A stretch of DNA of 64,000 nucleotides from an uncultured Pseudomonadota bacterium (GCA_963736005.1 CAVTNB010000001.1:1344001-1408000), one strand, 5' to 3'. Positions 40,939 through 52,779 are shown, counted from the first letter of the stretch. Program-made: numbers and translations. Notes: generated by a model from the letters alone, not told the origin.

Positions 40939-43900
40939 TTAGAGTTTTGTCGACAAACTGAACACGTAAGTGCGTACCGGAATCGCTCCACCACCGGCCA
41001 AGGCGGCAGAGGCACCCACGTACGGGAAGTAGTCGTCGCCGTAGTAGGCATTCGCTGGGTTCGCCGACTTTGCAGCGAAAGCGCCCATTCCTAGCGGCGA
41101 CAATGCGTAGAACGGATTGTCTCCGTAGGAAATGATGCCTTGGCTGGTCGGTTGTTCCCATGCGTAACCTTGGTTGTGAACTCCCCAGAGAAGGTTTGTT
41201 CCCAAGATTGACGCCTTGAGGTTATGCCCTATGTCATGAGAAATCCCCAGGTTGAGCGCCCACCACGATGGACCTTTGAAGGCGCCAGGGGCATCGAATT
41301 GGGCTCGTGTACGGATCCGGCCCCAGCGCTCCTGCCAATGGGGCTGTGCAAGCAGTTACCGACCCGTGCGGGCAGAAGGCCGGCAGCGGAATGCATCCAG
41401 GCGCGTTTGCGGGGTTCACTCCTGGATTCGCACAGTGAGCGTCTGAGAAGAGCTGCGGATCGCCATACGGGTTGCCGGATTGATAGTTCAACGTTGGTAG
41501 AATATCAAATCCATGCTCCCGAACATCGAGTCCCAGGTTGAGCACGAATCGGACATCGTACGACGGCGAAGCTGGTACGGCCTGATCGTACGATGGCGAG
41601 TAGTACGCGTTTGGATCGAGCATCGCGAAATGTGTGCCATAGTAGGTATTGTAAGCTGAGATCTGGCTATTGATTGTGTCGATGTAAGACGCTCCGCTCG
41701 GACCCTTCCAGAACCGAATCTTGGAGTTAGTGAACGTCGCCGCCACCGTGCCCCCGATCCCGTTCTCGCTCGTCACGGCCTTGGTCAGCAGGAACTCTGC
41801 TCCGGAAACACGCGCGTTCCCGAAGTTGTATCCAGTAACAAAGCTCGGCGATGCTGGGTTCACGGGCAAGTTGAGTATCTGATTTTGCGTGTCTCTGAAA
41901 AACGGCGAGATCTTCATCGACATGCCGCCTGAGAAATCATGCTCAAGTGACAGATCGTAGTTCATGCTGTTTTCAGGCTGCACGTTGTGAACGGCCAAGA
42001 AACCAAGGCCATCGTAGAAGCGATTCAACAGTTGCACCGTGTCACCGGGGCCCCAAAACGGCGCTTCGCGGTACTCCACAAAGGCCGAGTCTGGGGGTTG
42101 GACGTAGCGACCGACCGATATTCGGAGAATATTTGTCGGATCGAACGTGTACGTAGTACCGAAGCGCGGGCTTATCGCCTCATACGAGATAGAGGTCGGC
42201 GGATTGCTCCACCCTGCTGCTCCCGGCGCATCTTTTGCGCTGAGCGGAATACCTCCCGGATCGACGCCGGTACCCGCGACGCTTCCAGGTGTACTGCCAT
42301 TGGTGAGGATCGAGAAGCAGTTGGTCCCCGCGGGATATCCAGGGATGCTCGGATCGCTTGGCGAGTATGCGAAGCCGTGTAGACACTGCCCGTTTTGCTC
42401 CTCAGCCTGGAACGCCAGACCGCCGGCGCCGGTGATCTGCATATCAGGCATGAGCACGAAACGGAACTCATCCCAGCGTGCTCCGAAGTCGAACAACAGC
42501 TTGTCGCTGGGTTTGAACTGGTCGTCGATGACGCCATCGTAGGTCACAGGCGTCGTGCTCGACCAGTAACCGAACGGCGAGCCTACGTAGGTGACCGGGC
42601 TGCCTGCCGTGCAGGCCACCCCGACACCTCCGCAATTGGCGTGCGTTCCCCAGAAGTTGAATGCGGGTTGGTAATTGTAGCGCAGTGTGAGGTCGCGCGT
42701 GTAGTCACTATCGATTTTTAGAAGGTTCTGGGCGTTGAGCTGATTCTGGTAATCGAGCGTAACGCCAGTCGCGTTGTCATGGAGTTGGTAGAACGTAAAG
42801 CCAACCCAGCCGTTGATTGGCTGATCGAGGCTCCAACCCGAGTACAAGTTGTACTCGTAAAGGCGCAAGAACGAAGTAGTCGTGAGCGCTCTCGTATAAG
42901 CCAGTTTTGTTATCGAGTACTGTGTGTTCTGGCTATCTTGGAATGTCGGTGGGATAGCACCGCCCAGGCTGCCCCCCGACGTCGGCCAGGTGAGTGGCGT
43001 AAGCAGCGCGGGGTTATATGGCTGCCCAGCGTTGCCTTTGTAGAACGAACCCGTCGGCCACGTGAGATTCGTGCCGTTGAAACCCGTGTTGCTTGTGAAG
43101 GTCGACACGGTTGGGTCCGAATTAAACGTACCTTCCGGGGCGTACGGAGCCGACATGGTTGAGCCAACAACGTACAGGGCTTGCAAGTCGTCGCTCAGAC
43201 CATTGTGCTGAAGCGTCCAGTGCAGATTTGTCACGGTGTCGCGTTGTGCCGTATACGGAATATCCGAATACGCGGCCAATGACTGCGGCTGCATCAGGGA
43301 GTTGGCTACCGAGCAGTTCAGGAAACCGCCACCTGGTGTTAAGCCTGGAATGGTGGAACCAAAGACATTGTGCGAATTCCAAGCGTTGCAGCCGGGATCG
43401 TTCGCGGGAACGTTGATTGCTGTTCCAGCGAGGTTGCTTCTGTCCCCAAAATTATAGTCGGCGTTGAGCGCCAACGTCGAGACGTAGTAGGTGAACCGAT
43501 TATCCGGCGTTCCGCCGTAGATATCGGCTTGGACTGAGTGGTTGAAGAGCGGAGAGCCAACGATGCCTGTGAAGTCCGCACCGCCCGGATATTTTCCGCG
43601 CGTGATGACTTCATTGACATAGCCGGACATTGCGCGACCCGCATCTGCAGGAGCGCCGCCGGTGTAGACTTCCAAGCTCGAAAGACCATTCGTCAAGCCC
43701 GATGTGGAATTGTAGAAGTCGAATCCGCGGTTAAGCGGAATGCCTTCCAGTTCGAATCCGATTTGGTCGAACGAACCGCCGCGCATGGACAGGGAACCCT
43801 GGCCTGCGTAGCCACCGCCCGATCCAACTTGCCGCACGACACCCGGCATCGAGCCGACGACGCCATTTTGGCTGTACATCGTCTCTGAACCGCCTTGCGA

Positions 43901-44347
43901 GCCTTGCAAGTTTGCTATGGCGCGCGAGTTGACGGCATACAGGTCGCCTGTCACGGTCTTACTCACGACGCTTGCCGTTGCGGTGGTCGTGACGTGACCG
44001 ATGGTCTTGATCGATTGCCGCATGTGGATATCGGCGGAGGTTGTTTGATCAGCTGTTACTGTGATGCCATAGGTGGTTGATGTATCGTAACCATCTTTGC
44101 TCCCAGTCACGCTGTAGGTGTCTGGAGAGAGGTTGAGGATCGAATAGAAACCATTCGATCCGGTCGTTGAACTTTGTGATTGGCTGGGTGACGTCGCCGT
44201 CACCTTAGTATCAGTTAATGGGCTGCCATTTTGATCCGTCACCTTGCCCTGAATGTTGCCAGTCGTGCCGGCCAGTGCCCATGTTCCCTGGACGAGCAAA
44301 ACCGCAACTGTCAGAAGCGCGGTGCGGAGTAGGCCCTTAGTGGTCAT
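40939..44347 (-). CDS. TonB-dependent receptor-like outer-membrane protein; one frameshift near 41302
   Basis: GGAGG RBS, signal ...WALAGTTG, carboxypeptidase-regulatory-like domain, plug (SMRGG, LEGIPLN), SPRFG and PENS.NYDL. Removing one C joins the ORF to 40939..41205, ending YVFSLSTKL. Confidence 0.85.
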
Positions 44348-44514
44348 CAAGGGTTTCCTCCTTAGGTGAGTGAGAACGCTTAACCGACGAACCAGCCCTG
44401 CGGTCGGCCAAGCCGATGCACGCGCCGTCGTCCCGATTAAGGTGACTTTAAGGTTCGAACGGTGATTTCGCACACCTGCTCGCAGCGCGCCTTGCGGGAC
44501 GAATACGGGCGATG

Positions 44515-44539
44515 AGCGGACCTAAAGTCCACTGCCACA
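44515..44539 (-). repeat. Degenerate REP, family A
   Basis: AGCGGACCTAAAGTCCACTGCCACA. Confidence 0.6.
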
Positions 44540-44560
44540 TTGCGTTAGCTGGTGTATTTC

Positions 44561-45445
44561 TCAGTGCCGGGCGGGTTCGCGCCGAATCGATCGCACGAGA
44601 TCGGGAATGTGTGCCGGACTCTCGGCGACCGGTACATTAACTTTTTCGAACGCTTGAACTTTTGCTTGTGCCGTGCCACTGGTGCCGCTCACGATTGCAC
44701 CCGCGTGACCCATGCGCTTGCCTTCCGGCGCAGAACGGCCGCCGATGAATGCCACCGCTGGCTTAGTGAATTCTCGGCGCGCGATCATCGCGGCTGCATC
44801 CTCTTCGTCAGTGCCACCGATCTCGCCGACGATGACGACAGCGTGAGTCTCAGGGTCTTCTTCGAACGCCTGCAAACAATCGGTAAAGACCGTGCCGATG
44901 ATTGGATCGCCGCCGATGCCCACGCACGTACTCTGGCCGATGTTTGCGCGCGTCAGCTGGTCAACGATCTCGTACGTGAGCGTGCCGCTGCGCGACACGA
45001 GCCCGACGTTACCCGCGGAAAACACATGGCCCGGCATGATGCCTACGAGCGACTGGCCGGGGGTGACAAGACCCGGACAATTCGGTCCGATGAGTCGAGC
45101 ATCTGGTGGTATGACGGCAACGGCTTTCAGCATATCGTGTACCGGAATGCCCTCGGTGATGCAAGCGATCAGCTTGATCCCCGCATCGGCTGCCTCCAAA
45201 ATTGCATCCGCGGCGAATGGTGGCGGAACGAAAATGATGCTGACCGTCGCGCCGGTTTGAGCAACAGCTTCGCTCACGGTGTCGAAGACTGCGAAGCCCT
45301 CCACGGTTTGGCCACCTTTGCCGGGCGTGACGCCGCCGGCGATGTTCGTGCCGTAGGCGCGCATGCGGTTGGCGTTGTGCAAACCCTCGCGGCCAGTAAT
45401 GCCTTGAACGAGGACGACACTGGTGCGATCGAGATAGATGGACAA
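44561..45445 (-). CDS. sucD: Succinyl-CoA synthetase alpha subunit
   Basis: [29 protein letters not shown] and RMGHAGA. Confidence 0.97.
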   Translation of the reverse strand: MSIYLDRTSVVLVQGITGREGLHNANRMRAYGTNIAGGVTPGKGGQTVEGFAVFDTVSEAVAQTGATVSIIFVPPPFAADAILEAADAGIKLIACITEGIPVHDMLKAVAVIPPDARLIGPNCPGLVTPGQSLVGIMPGHVFSAGNVGLVSRSGTLTYEIVDQLTRANIGQSTCVGIGGDPIIGTVFTDCLQAFEEDPETHAVVIVGEIGGTDEEDAAAMIARREFTKPAVAFIGGRSAPEGKRMGHAGAIVSGTSGTAQAKVQAFEKVNVPVAESPAHIPDLVRSIRREPARH

Positions 45446-45464
45446 GGTCTTCTCCTATCGGCTA

Positions 45465-45551
45465 CGCGCGAATAAATTCGCGCGACTACATCTCGGGCGC
45501 GAATAAATTCGCGCGACTACATCTCGGGCGCGAATAAATTCGCGCGACTAC
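45465..45551 (-). repeat. Three tandem family B REP units, 31-bp period
   Basis: GCGCGAATAAATTCGCGCGACTACAT three times with identical short linkers. Confidence 0.92.
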
Positions 45552-46696
45552 ATTTTGGCGATGGCGACTGCACGCGCGGCGCCGTCGTTCATTGTTTCGA
45601 CTGCCGCGATGCCGGCGGCTTCCAACACGGCTCGCCCTTCCTTTTCGTTCGTGCCAGTGAGCCGCACGACCAGTCGATCCTTTTTCCACTTGCCACCGTC
45701 CAGGGCGGCAATCAAACCACGTGCCACTTCGTCGCCACGCGTAATGCCGCCGAAAATGTTGATGAACAAAGCCTTCACTCGCGGATCGGAGGTCACGATA
45801 TCCACCGCGTTGCGAACGACATCGGCCTTTGCCCCGCCACCGATGTCGCAGAAGTCGGTCGCTTCCCCACCCGCAGCTCGCACCGCGTCCATCGTGCCCA
45901 TGACGAGTCCGGCGCCATTGCCGATCACGCCAATACTTTCGTTGCCTTTGCCGCTCAGGTACGCGTAGTTGAGATTTGTCTGCCGAGCGCGCTGTTCGAG
46001 CGCGTGGTCTGGCAGGTCGGTTCGCCACGCATCGAGTTCGGGGTGGCGAATCAAACCGTTATCGTCAATGTCGACCTTTGCATCCGAGGCGACTAGCTTC
46101 CCGTCTTTGGTGATGGCGAGCGGATTGATTTCGAGCAACATCGCGCCGACGCCAAAAAACAGCGCGTACAGCTTGCCGAGAATGCTGACGAATTGGTTTG
46201 TGATTACGGCAGGGATGCGGGCTTCTCGAGCAACGCGCCGGCCGATGAACGGCCAATACCCACCCGCTGGATTGATGCAGTACTTCGCAATCGCAGCTGG
46301 ATTCGTCGCGGCGACCTCCTCGATGTCCATGCCTCCCATGGCTGACGCGATGATAATGGGGCGCTTGCTCGCGCGATCGACGGTGATGGACAGATATAGC
46401 TCGCGCTCGATGTCCATGCGCTGCTCGATGAGGATGCGTTTGGCAACCTCGCCCTTGATAGTCATGCCGAGGATGGCTTGAGCTGGTTCGCGGACGTCGT
46501 CCGCGCTCGTGCAAAACTTGATTCCGCCTGCTTTGCCTCGGCCGCCCACGAGTACTTGCGCCTTCACGACCGAGGGCGCCGGGTTCTCACGCATGATCTG
46601 CACGGCTTCCTCTACCGAAGACGCAACGCGACCGCGCGGCACGGGAATGCCCGCTTTGGCAAATAGTTCTTTCCCTTGGTATTCAAGTAGACGCAT
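45548..46696 (-). CDS. sucC: Succinyl-CoA synthetase beta subunit
   Basis: MRLLEYQGKELF, KAQV.VGGRGKAGGI, EINPL, NGAGL and NIFGGI. Confidence 0.97.
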   Translation of the reverse strand: MRLLEYQGKELFAKAGIPVPRGRVASSVEEAVQIMRENPAPSVVKAQVLVGGRGKAGGIKFCTSADDVREPAQAILGMTIKGEVAKRILIEQRMDIERELYLSITVDRASKRPIIIASAMGGMDIEEVAATNPAAIAKYCINPAGGYWPFIGRRVAREARIPAVITNQFVSILGKLYALFFGVGAMLLEINPLAITKDGKLVASDAKVDIDDNGLIRHPELDAWRTDLPDHALEQRARQTNLNYAYLSGKGNESIGVIGNGAGLVMGTMDAVRAAGGEATDFCDIGGGAKADVVRNAVDIVTSDPRVKALFINIFGGITRGDEVARGLIAALDGGKWKKDRLVVRLTGTNEKEGRAVLEAAGIAAVETMNDGAARAVAIAKM

Positions 46697-46720
46697 GTCG
46701 TTCTCCGGTTGTGCGTGTGG

Positions 46721-46771
46721 GGGACCTAAAGGTCCGCTGCTACCATGGGCGACTTTACAGTCGCCCGCTAC
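46721..46771 (-). repeat. Mixed REP array A + C'
   Basis: GGACCTAAAGGTCCGCTGCTAC followed by GGGCGACTTTACAGTCGCCCGCTAC. Confidence 0.85.
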
Positions 46772-46787
46772 GTGTTCGTTGTTAGGG

Positions 46788-48017
46788 TCATTCCTTTTCG
46801 GCGGGGTCGCGAGTTGTGCGGGCACCGTTGCCGCTTCTGCGCGGAGCGCGTGGCGGTCGATCGTGGCCGGTCCGCTCATCCAGCCGACCAAGCAGCTCTC
46901 GAGCAATGACGATGCGCTGCACCTCGGATGTCCCTTCGTAGATCTCCGTGATCTTGGCATCGCGATAGTAGCGCTCGGCCGGGAACTCGGTTGTGTACCC
47001 GTAGCCGCCTAGAATCTGGACACACTCGTTTGCATGTTTGCGCGCCGCAGTTGAGGCAAAAAGCTTTGCCTTGGACGACGCATCGATTGAAGGTTTGCCG
47101 CGATCGCGGAGCCACGCCGCGCGATACAGCAAAAGTCGCGCCGCGTCGAGGTCAACGGCCATGTCGGCAATCTTGAACGAGACCGCCTGAAACGCTCCAA
47201 TAGGTCGACCGAATTGAAAGCGCTCGAGTGCATAGCGCTGCGATGTCTCGAGGCAAGCGGCGAGGATTCCCACCGCCTGCGCGGCGATCCCAAGCCGCCC
47301 TGCGCCCAAGTTGGCAAGCGCGATCTTGTAGCCCGCTCCCTCTTCTGCCAGCAGCCGCGCTGACGCGACCCGAGCGTCCGCGAGCACCAGATCGACCGTG
47401 TTCGACGAATGAATGCCCAACTTGTCGGCAGTGCGACCAACACTCAGGCCCACCGTCTTCTTGTCCACAAGAAACGCGGAGAGTCCCTTGGGCCCGTCAG
47501 CTCCCGTCCTGCCAAACACGATCAGCGCGGTAGCGTATCCGCCGTTTGTGACCCATTGCTTGGTACCGTTGAGCACATATTCGTTGCCGCGCTTTTCCGC
47601 TCGCGTCCGCAAACTCGACGCGTCCGAACCAGACTCGGCTTCCGTCAAAGCGAACGCACCTAACCACTTTCCCGCGCACATCGAAGGCAGGTAGGTGCGC
47701 TTGAGGTCAGCCGATGCAAATTCCTCGATGATGCGCGATGCAAGTCCTTGCACCGACACCGTCACGCCGACCCCCGCATCTGCTCGGCTCAACTCTTCGA
47801 TCGCCAGCACCGTGCTGACCGTGTCGAGCGCCGCGCCTCCATACTCGTCGGAAGTAAACATTCCCATGATCCCGAGGTCGCCGAGTTTGCGAAAGACTTC
47901 CAGTGGAAACTCGCGATCGCGATCCCACTTTGCAGCGTGCGGCGCGATTTCTGCCCTGGCGAAAGCAGCGACCATCTCGCGGACGGCCTTTTGATCGTTG
48001 GTGAGTTCAAAATTCAT
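46788..48017 (-). CDS. Acyl-CoA dehydrogenase
   Basis: MNFELT start coupled (ATGA) to hbd; LTEAESGSD, QILGGYGY and IYEGTSEVQR. Confidence 0.93.
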   Translation of the reverse strand: MNFELTNDQKAVREMVAAFARAEIAPHAAKWDRDREFPLEVFRKLGDLGIMGMFTSDEYGGAALDTVSTVLAIEELSRADAGVGVTVSVQGLASRIIEEFASADLKRTYLPSMCAGKWLGAFALTEAESGSDASSLRTRAEKRGNEYVLNGTKQWVTNGGYATALIVFGRTGADGPKGLSAFLVDKKTVGLSVGRTADKLGIHSSNTVDLVLADARVASARLLAEEGAGYKIALANLGAGRLGIAAQAVGILAACLETSQRYALERFQFGRPIGAFQAVSFKIADMAVDLDAARLLLYRAAWLRDRGKPSIDASSKAKLFASTAARKHANECVQILGGYGYTTEFPAERYYRDAKITEIYEGTSEVQRIVIARELLGRLDERTGHDRPPRAPRRSGNGARTTRDPAEKE

Positions 48018-48856
48018 GAGTAGGTAAAGAACCCGCGCCCGGTCTTCTTGCCAAGGTATCCCGCGGCAACCATCTTGCGAAGCAGCGGGCACGGGCGATA
48101 CTTCGAATCGCCCAACCCGTCGTGCAAGACTTCCATGATGGCCAAGCACGTATCCAAACCGATAAAATCAGCCAACTCGAGAGGCCCCATCGGATGGTTC
48201 ATACCAAGTTTCATCACCGTGTCGATGGCTTCCGCGCTTGCGACGCCTTCCATGTACGCGAAACATGCTTCGTTCAGCATCGGCATGAGAATCCGGTTGC
48301 TCACAAAGCCAGGGTAGTCGTTGACTTCGACCGGTGTTTTATCGAGTTCTTTGACAAAACGCTTAGTGGCTTCGAAAGTGTGATCGGCGGTGGCGAGTCC
48401 GCGAATGACTTCGACCAGCTTCATGATCGGTACCGGGTTCATAAAATGCATGCCGATGACCCGATCGGCCCGCCGGGTCGCGGCCCCGAGAAGTGTAATC
48501 GAGATCGATGAGGTGTTGCTTGCCAGAATGGCGGCAGCCGGGAGCGCGGCATCGAGGTCTGCGAACAAGCGTTGTTTGAGGCCTGTGTCCTCGCTTGCAG
48601 CTTCGATCGCTATGTCGACCTCGATCCCTTTGGAAATTAGGAGCTGCGCACCGATGTGCGCTTCGATCGTGCGAGCTTGTGGCTCGCTGAGGCGTTTTTT
48701 CTCGAGCTGCCTCTCAAGAGTGCGCCCTATGGACTCTCGTCCACGCTCGATCGCTGCGGCGTCAATGTCGTTGAGCAGCACCGTATGGCCAGCCGCCGCG
48801 CAAACGTAAGCGATGCCGCTGCCCATCTGCCCGGCACCAATGACCAAAACGCGCAT
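48014..48856 (-). CDS. hbd: 3-hydroxybutyryl-CoA dehydrogenase
   Basis: GAGQMGSGIA, ASNTSS, GMHFMNPVP, PGFVSNR and HPMGPL. Confidence 0.93.
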   Translation of the reverse strand: MRVLVIGAGQMGSGIAYVCAAAGHTVLLNDIDAAAIERGRESIGRTLERQLEKKRLSEPQARTIEAHIGAQLLISKGIEVDIAIEAASEDTGLKQRLFADLDAALPAAAILASNTSSISITLLGAATRRADRVIGMHFMNPVPIMKLVEVIRGLATADHTFEATKRFVKELDKTPVEVNDYPGFVSNRILMPMLNEACFAYMEGVASAEAIDTVMKLGMNHPMGPLELADFIGLDTCLAIMEVLHDGLGDSKYRPCPLLRKMVAAGYLGKKTGRGFFTYS

Positions 48857-48898
48857 AAGATATCTTTTGTTCACGCAGGCACCGTGGTGGTCCCGCAC

Positions 48899-48930
48899 AA
48901 AAAAAGGCCGCCCCATTTGGGAGCGGCCTC
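48899..48930 (-). terminator. Intrinsic terminator
   Basis: GGCCGCTCCCAAATGGGGCGGCC followed by T7 on the - strand. Confidence 0.85.
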
Positions 48931-48935
48931 GTCAG

Positions 48936-49121
48936 CGGATGCTCGTCGATATTGCTGATTGACGCCTTGCTCGCGGCCATATTGAAAGGTTGCGAGCCGG
49001 TCATCCCGGCGGCGGCGCTCGCCGGATCTCCGCAGAACCGGCCACCTATGCGTCGACGGCAAACCGCCTTAGAAGAATAGCATCCGGCCGCTTGACCCTT
49101 CAAGGCAACGAGTGTTCGGCC
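48936..49121 (+). ncRNA. Candidate structured RNA, family unassigned (6S-like size)
   Basis: Nested stems CGGATGCT/AGCATCCG, TTGCTG-A-TTGACGC/GCGTCGA-CGGCAA, CTCGCGGCC/GGTTGCGAG, CCGGT/ACCGG and CCGGCG/CGCCGG; four G-U pairs favour the + strand. Confidence 0.4.
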
Positions 49122-49198
49122 ACCCTTATGGTCTCGTCCCTAGCCGTGGAATTTTTGGAATTGACGGCAAGAATGAAGCCTCGGTCTCAGGTCTTGTC

Positions 49199-49816
49199 CT
49201 ACCTGGCGGCCCGAGTTTTAACAGTTACCGCCACGACCATGAGCGCAAAATAGGCAAGGGTGATGATCTCAGCCCGGGCGATAACGCGGCCGTTCCATGC
49301 CCCTTGCCGCTCGTCTCGAGGCAGCGGAGCAGAAAGCGGCACGATCCGCGCGACCGCTTGGCGATAATTCTCAAACTCGCCGCCGAAGGTTTGAGCGAGA
49401 TACGATTCTTCCAGCGGGATGATGGTCGCGTACACGCTCACGATCAAGACAGCTACAACGGCAAACATAACGAGCGACGTTGCGATCGGCACGTTGCCCG
49501 AGAATGCAAGCCAAAAACCAAGAGCGATGATCGCATTGCCAACGTAGAGTGGGTTGCGCACGAACGCGTAGGGTCCGGCAGTCACGAGTTTCGGGGCCGT
49601 GACGACGTCCGAGCGGGTCGTGACTCCCGAATATCCGACCGCCCAGATTCGGATAAGCTCGCCGAGACCAGCAACGGCAATACCCACGACCGCGCTCCGA
49701 AGCGAAGGCGATCCGAACAGCACGAGAATCAGCGCCACGGGAACGAGTAGCAGGCCTCTATTTTTGAAAACCCAGGTTTGCCATTCGCTGGGTGGCAGCG
49801 CGTTAAGCCGCGGCAC
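49199..49816 (-). CDS. Isoprenylcysteine carboxylmethyltransferase/PEMT family membrane protein
   Basis: LVTAGPYAFVRNPLYVG and EE.YL...FG..F..Y...V.R. Confidence 0.88.
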   Translation of the reverse strand: MPRLNALPPSEWQTWVFKNRGLLLVPVALILVLFGSPSLRSAVVGIAVAGLGELIRIWAVGYSGVTTRSDVVTAPKLVTAGPYAFVRNPLYVGNAIIALGFWLAFSGNVPIATSLVMFAVVAVLIVSVYATIIPLEESYLAQTFGGEFENYRQAVARIVPLSAPLPRDERQGAWNGRVIARAEIITLAYFALMVVAVTVKTRAAR

Positions 49817-50762
49817 GAGAAAAATACTCGAGCATATCTTCCAATGTGCGTTCGATTGGCGTGACAGCCTTCCAGCCCACTTGTCGCTCTATCAATGAGG
49901 GGTTCCCGCGCAGCACGGGTGTTTCGATAGGCCTCACGAGTTCGGGCTTTCGGCGAATCTCAGCCTTGACGCACGCAATGCGCATCAACTCGCGGACGAT
50001 TTCATCCATGCTCCGGTCTTTGCCGCTGCACACGTTATAGACGCTGCCGGTTTCGCCGGCTTGCACCAGCATGAAATAGGCATCGACAACATCGCGGACA
50101 TCGGAAAAATCGCGGCGCGGCGTGAGATCTCCAACTTCCAGCACGGGTTCTTTGCGCTTGGCCTTGATTGCCGCAATCTGGCGCGCAAATGCGGCGACCG
50201 CAAAAGCCGAACTTTGACCCGGGCCTGTGTGATTGAAAGACCTCGTTGCCACGACGCGACACCAACCGGCGCGCGCATACTGCAGCGCAATCACCTCGGC
50301 CGCCGCCTTCGATGCGGCATACGGGTTGCGTGGGGAGATCGGAGCATCTTCGCGCAACGGCAGTTGGTCGACACTCACCGCGCCGTACGTGTCGGACGAT
50401 CCCACGACGAGCACGGTGGCTTTGGAAGCTTCGGCGCGCACCGCTTCGAGTAAGAACGTCGTCCCCATAACATTTGTTTCAATGGTCGAGAGTGGGTGGT
50501 CCTGACTGGCCGGCACAAAGGATTGCGCTGCCAGATGAAAGACGACCTCCGGTCCGCACGAGCGCACGAACGATCGCAACCCTTTGGCGTCGGCAATGTC
50601 ACACGTGCGCCATTCAATGCGCTGCGCGAGCGTTGCGTCGAGTGTCACGAGCGCGGGCTTCGAGGCGCGAATCAGGCCGGTGACCTGCGCGTTGTCGCGC
50701 AAGAGTCGACGGAGTAGCCACTGTCCGACAAAGCCGTCGGCGCCCGTGACAAACGCACGCAT
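49803..50762 (-). CDS. GDP-4-keto-6-deoxymannose reductase-like SDR (Rmd-like)
   Basis: [32 protein letters not shown] and RDFSDVRD; adjacent to gmd. Confidence 0.8.
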   Translation of the reverse strand: MRAFVTGADGFVGQWLLRRLLRDNAQVTGLIRASKPALVTLDATLAQRIEWRTCDIADAKGLRSFVRSCGPEVVFHLAAQSFVPASQDHPLSTIETNVMGTTFLLEAVRAEASKATVLVVGSSDTYGAVSVDQLPLREDAPISPRNPYAASKAAAEVIALQYARAGWCRVVATRSFNHTGPGQSSAFAVAAFARQIAAIKAKRKEPVLEVGDLTPRRDFSDVRDVVDAYFMLVQAGETGSVYNVCSGKDRSMDEIVRELMRIACVKAEIRRKPELVRPIETPVLRGNPSLIERQVGWKAVTPIERTLEDMLEYFSRAAA

Positions 50763-51740
<978 letters not shown>

Positions 51741-51798
51741 GCGCGTGCTTTGGTGCTCCGCCAAGCGGCGCCCTCTACGGACGCGATGATTGGGGCGA

Positions 51799-52779
51799 TT
51801 AGACGGTCTGGGGCGGCGCGGCCACTACGTAGCGCTCGTTCGCGAAAACGACAACCGCGATGCCAGCGAGAGCAATCGACCCACCGATGGCAGTGAGTGG
51901 AGCGACGAGCTGATGCAAGACAAGATAGGCAAGTGCCGCAGTGATGATCGGCTGCGAGAGAAAAGAGATTGCCACGACGGCCGCAGGCATGTGACCCAAA
52001 GACTTGGACACGAGGGTGTGTCCGATGACCGTGGCGCTCAGCGCAAGCCCGAGGCTGACGCCGAGATCGTGAGCGCTCATTTTTGCGGAGACCCCAAGCA
52101 CGATGAGAGCGACCCAAACGCATACGGCGCACGCGCTGTACACGATGGTGACGTAGCGCAGCGTATCGACGCGGCGACGAACGTGGCGGCCAAGCAAGAG
52201 ATAACCGGTTTCTGCAAGGGCCGCTGACAAGGCCAGCGCATCCCCGGTTAGTGCGCGGCCGGAAATCCGAAAGTCACCAATCGTGATGATCGACGCCCCG
52301 AACACGGCGATCGCCATGCCTGCTGCCATCGGCCAGGTCGGCCGTTCGCGAAAGAACAGCGCTGCAAAAACCGCGACGAACACCGGATCCATGCTGACGA
52401 GCAGAGCAGCACTCGAGACGCTGGTGAACTGCAGGCTCGCGGCCCACAACGTTATGTCGAGCGCGAACAGGGTGCCCGAAAGAGCGGCGGCAATAACGTC
52501 GGAACGTGCGATCGGCGTGAGCCGCTGCGAGTTGTTCGTGAAGCGCGCAGCATACGTCAGCGGAGCGATGATGACCACCGCGAAAAGCATGCGATAGGCG
52601 ACGATGGCTAGCACCGGCGCGGTGGCCAGTTTGTAAAGAACGCCGGCCATCGAGAGGCCGACGATACCCAGCGCGAGGACGGCGTAACGAAGGTATGCCT
52701 CGCGCAGCGATGCTCGCGAATGAATTCGCGAGACTACCTTGGCATCATCCGTCAAGACTCTCTTGGGGCGGTCGCTCAA
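51799..52779 (-). CDS. EamA/DMT family transporter
   Basis: About 10 TMs, [14 protein letters not shown] and GDALAL; TTG start overlaps the upstream TGA. Confidence 0.9.
   Translation of the reverse strand: MSDRPKRVLTDDAKVVSRIHSRASLREAYLRYAVLALGIVGLSMAGVLYKLATAPVLAIVAYRMLFAVVIIAPLTYAARFTNNSQRLTPIARSDVIAAALSGTLFALDITLWAASLQFTSVSSAALLVSMDPVFVAVFAALFFRERPTWPMAAGMAIAVFGASIITIGDFRISGRALTGDALALSAALAETGYLLLGRHVRRRVDTLRYVTIVYSACAVCVWVALIVLGVSAKMSAHDLGVSLGLALSATVIGHTLVSKSLGHMPAAVVAISFLSQPIITAALAYLVLHQLVAPLTAIGGSIALAGIAVVVFANERYVVAAPPQTV
52713..52737 (-). repeat. REP family B variant inside the EamA 5' coding region
   Basis: CTCGCGAATGAATTCGCGAGACTAC; compensatory outer pair, as in the copy at 60795. 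Confidence 0.7.

Noticed and set aside
40939..41205. Separate 88-aa ORF after the TonB receptor
   Set aside because: It is the frameshifted C-terminal beta-strands of the receptor
45465..45551. CRISPR-like appearance of palindromic direct repeats (also 18642-18720 and 59354-59416)
   Set aside because: Linkers are only about 4-10 nt and identical or near-identical rather than unique ~30-nt spacers; there are no cas genes; the same units occur singly elsewhere
48905..48940. CTGACGAG-GCC on the - strand resembling a hammerhead or glmS ribozyme core
   Set aside because: The stem is followed by T7 instead of GAAA and the other conserved elements are missing; better explained as a terminator
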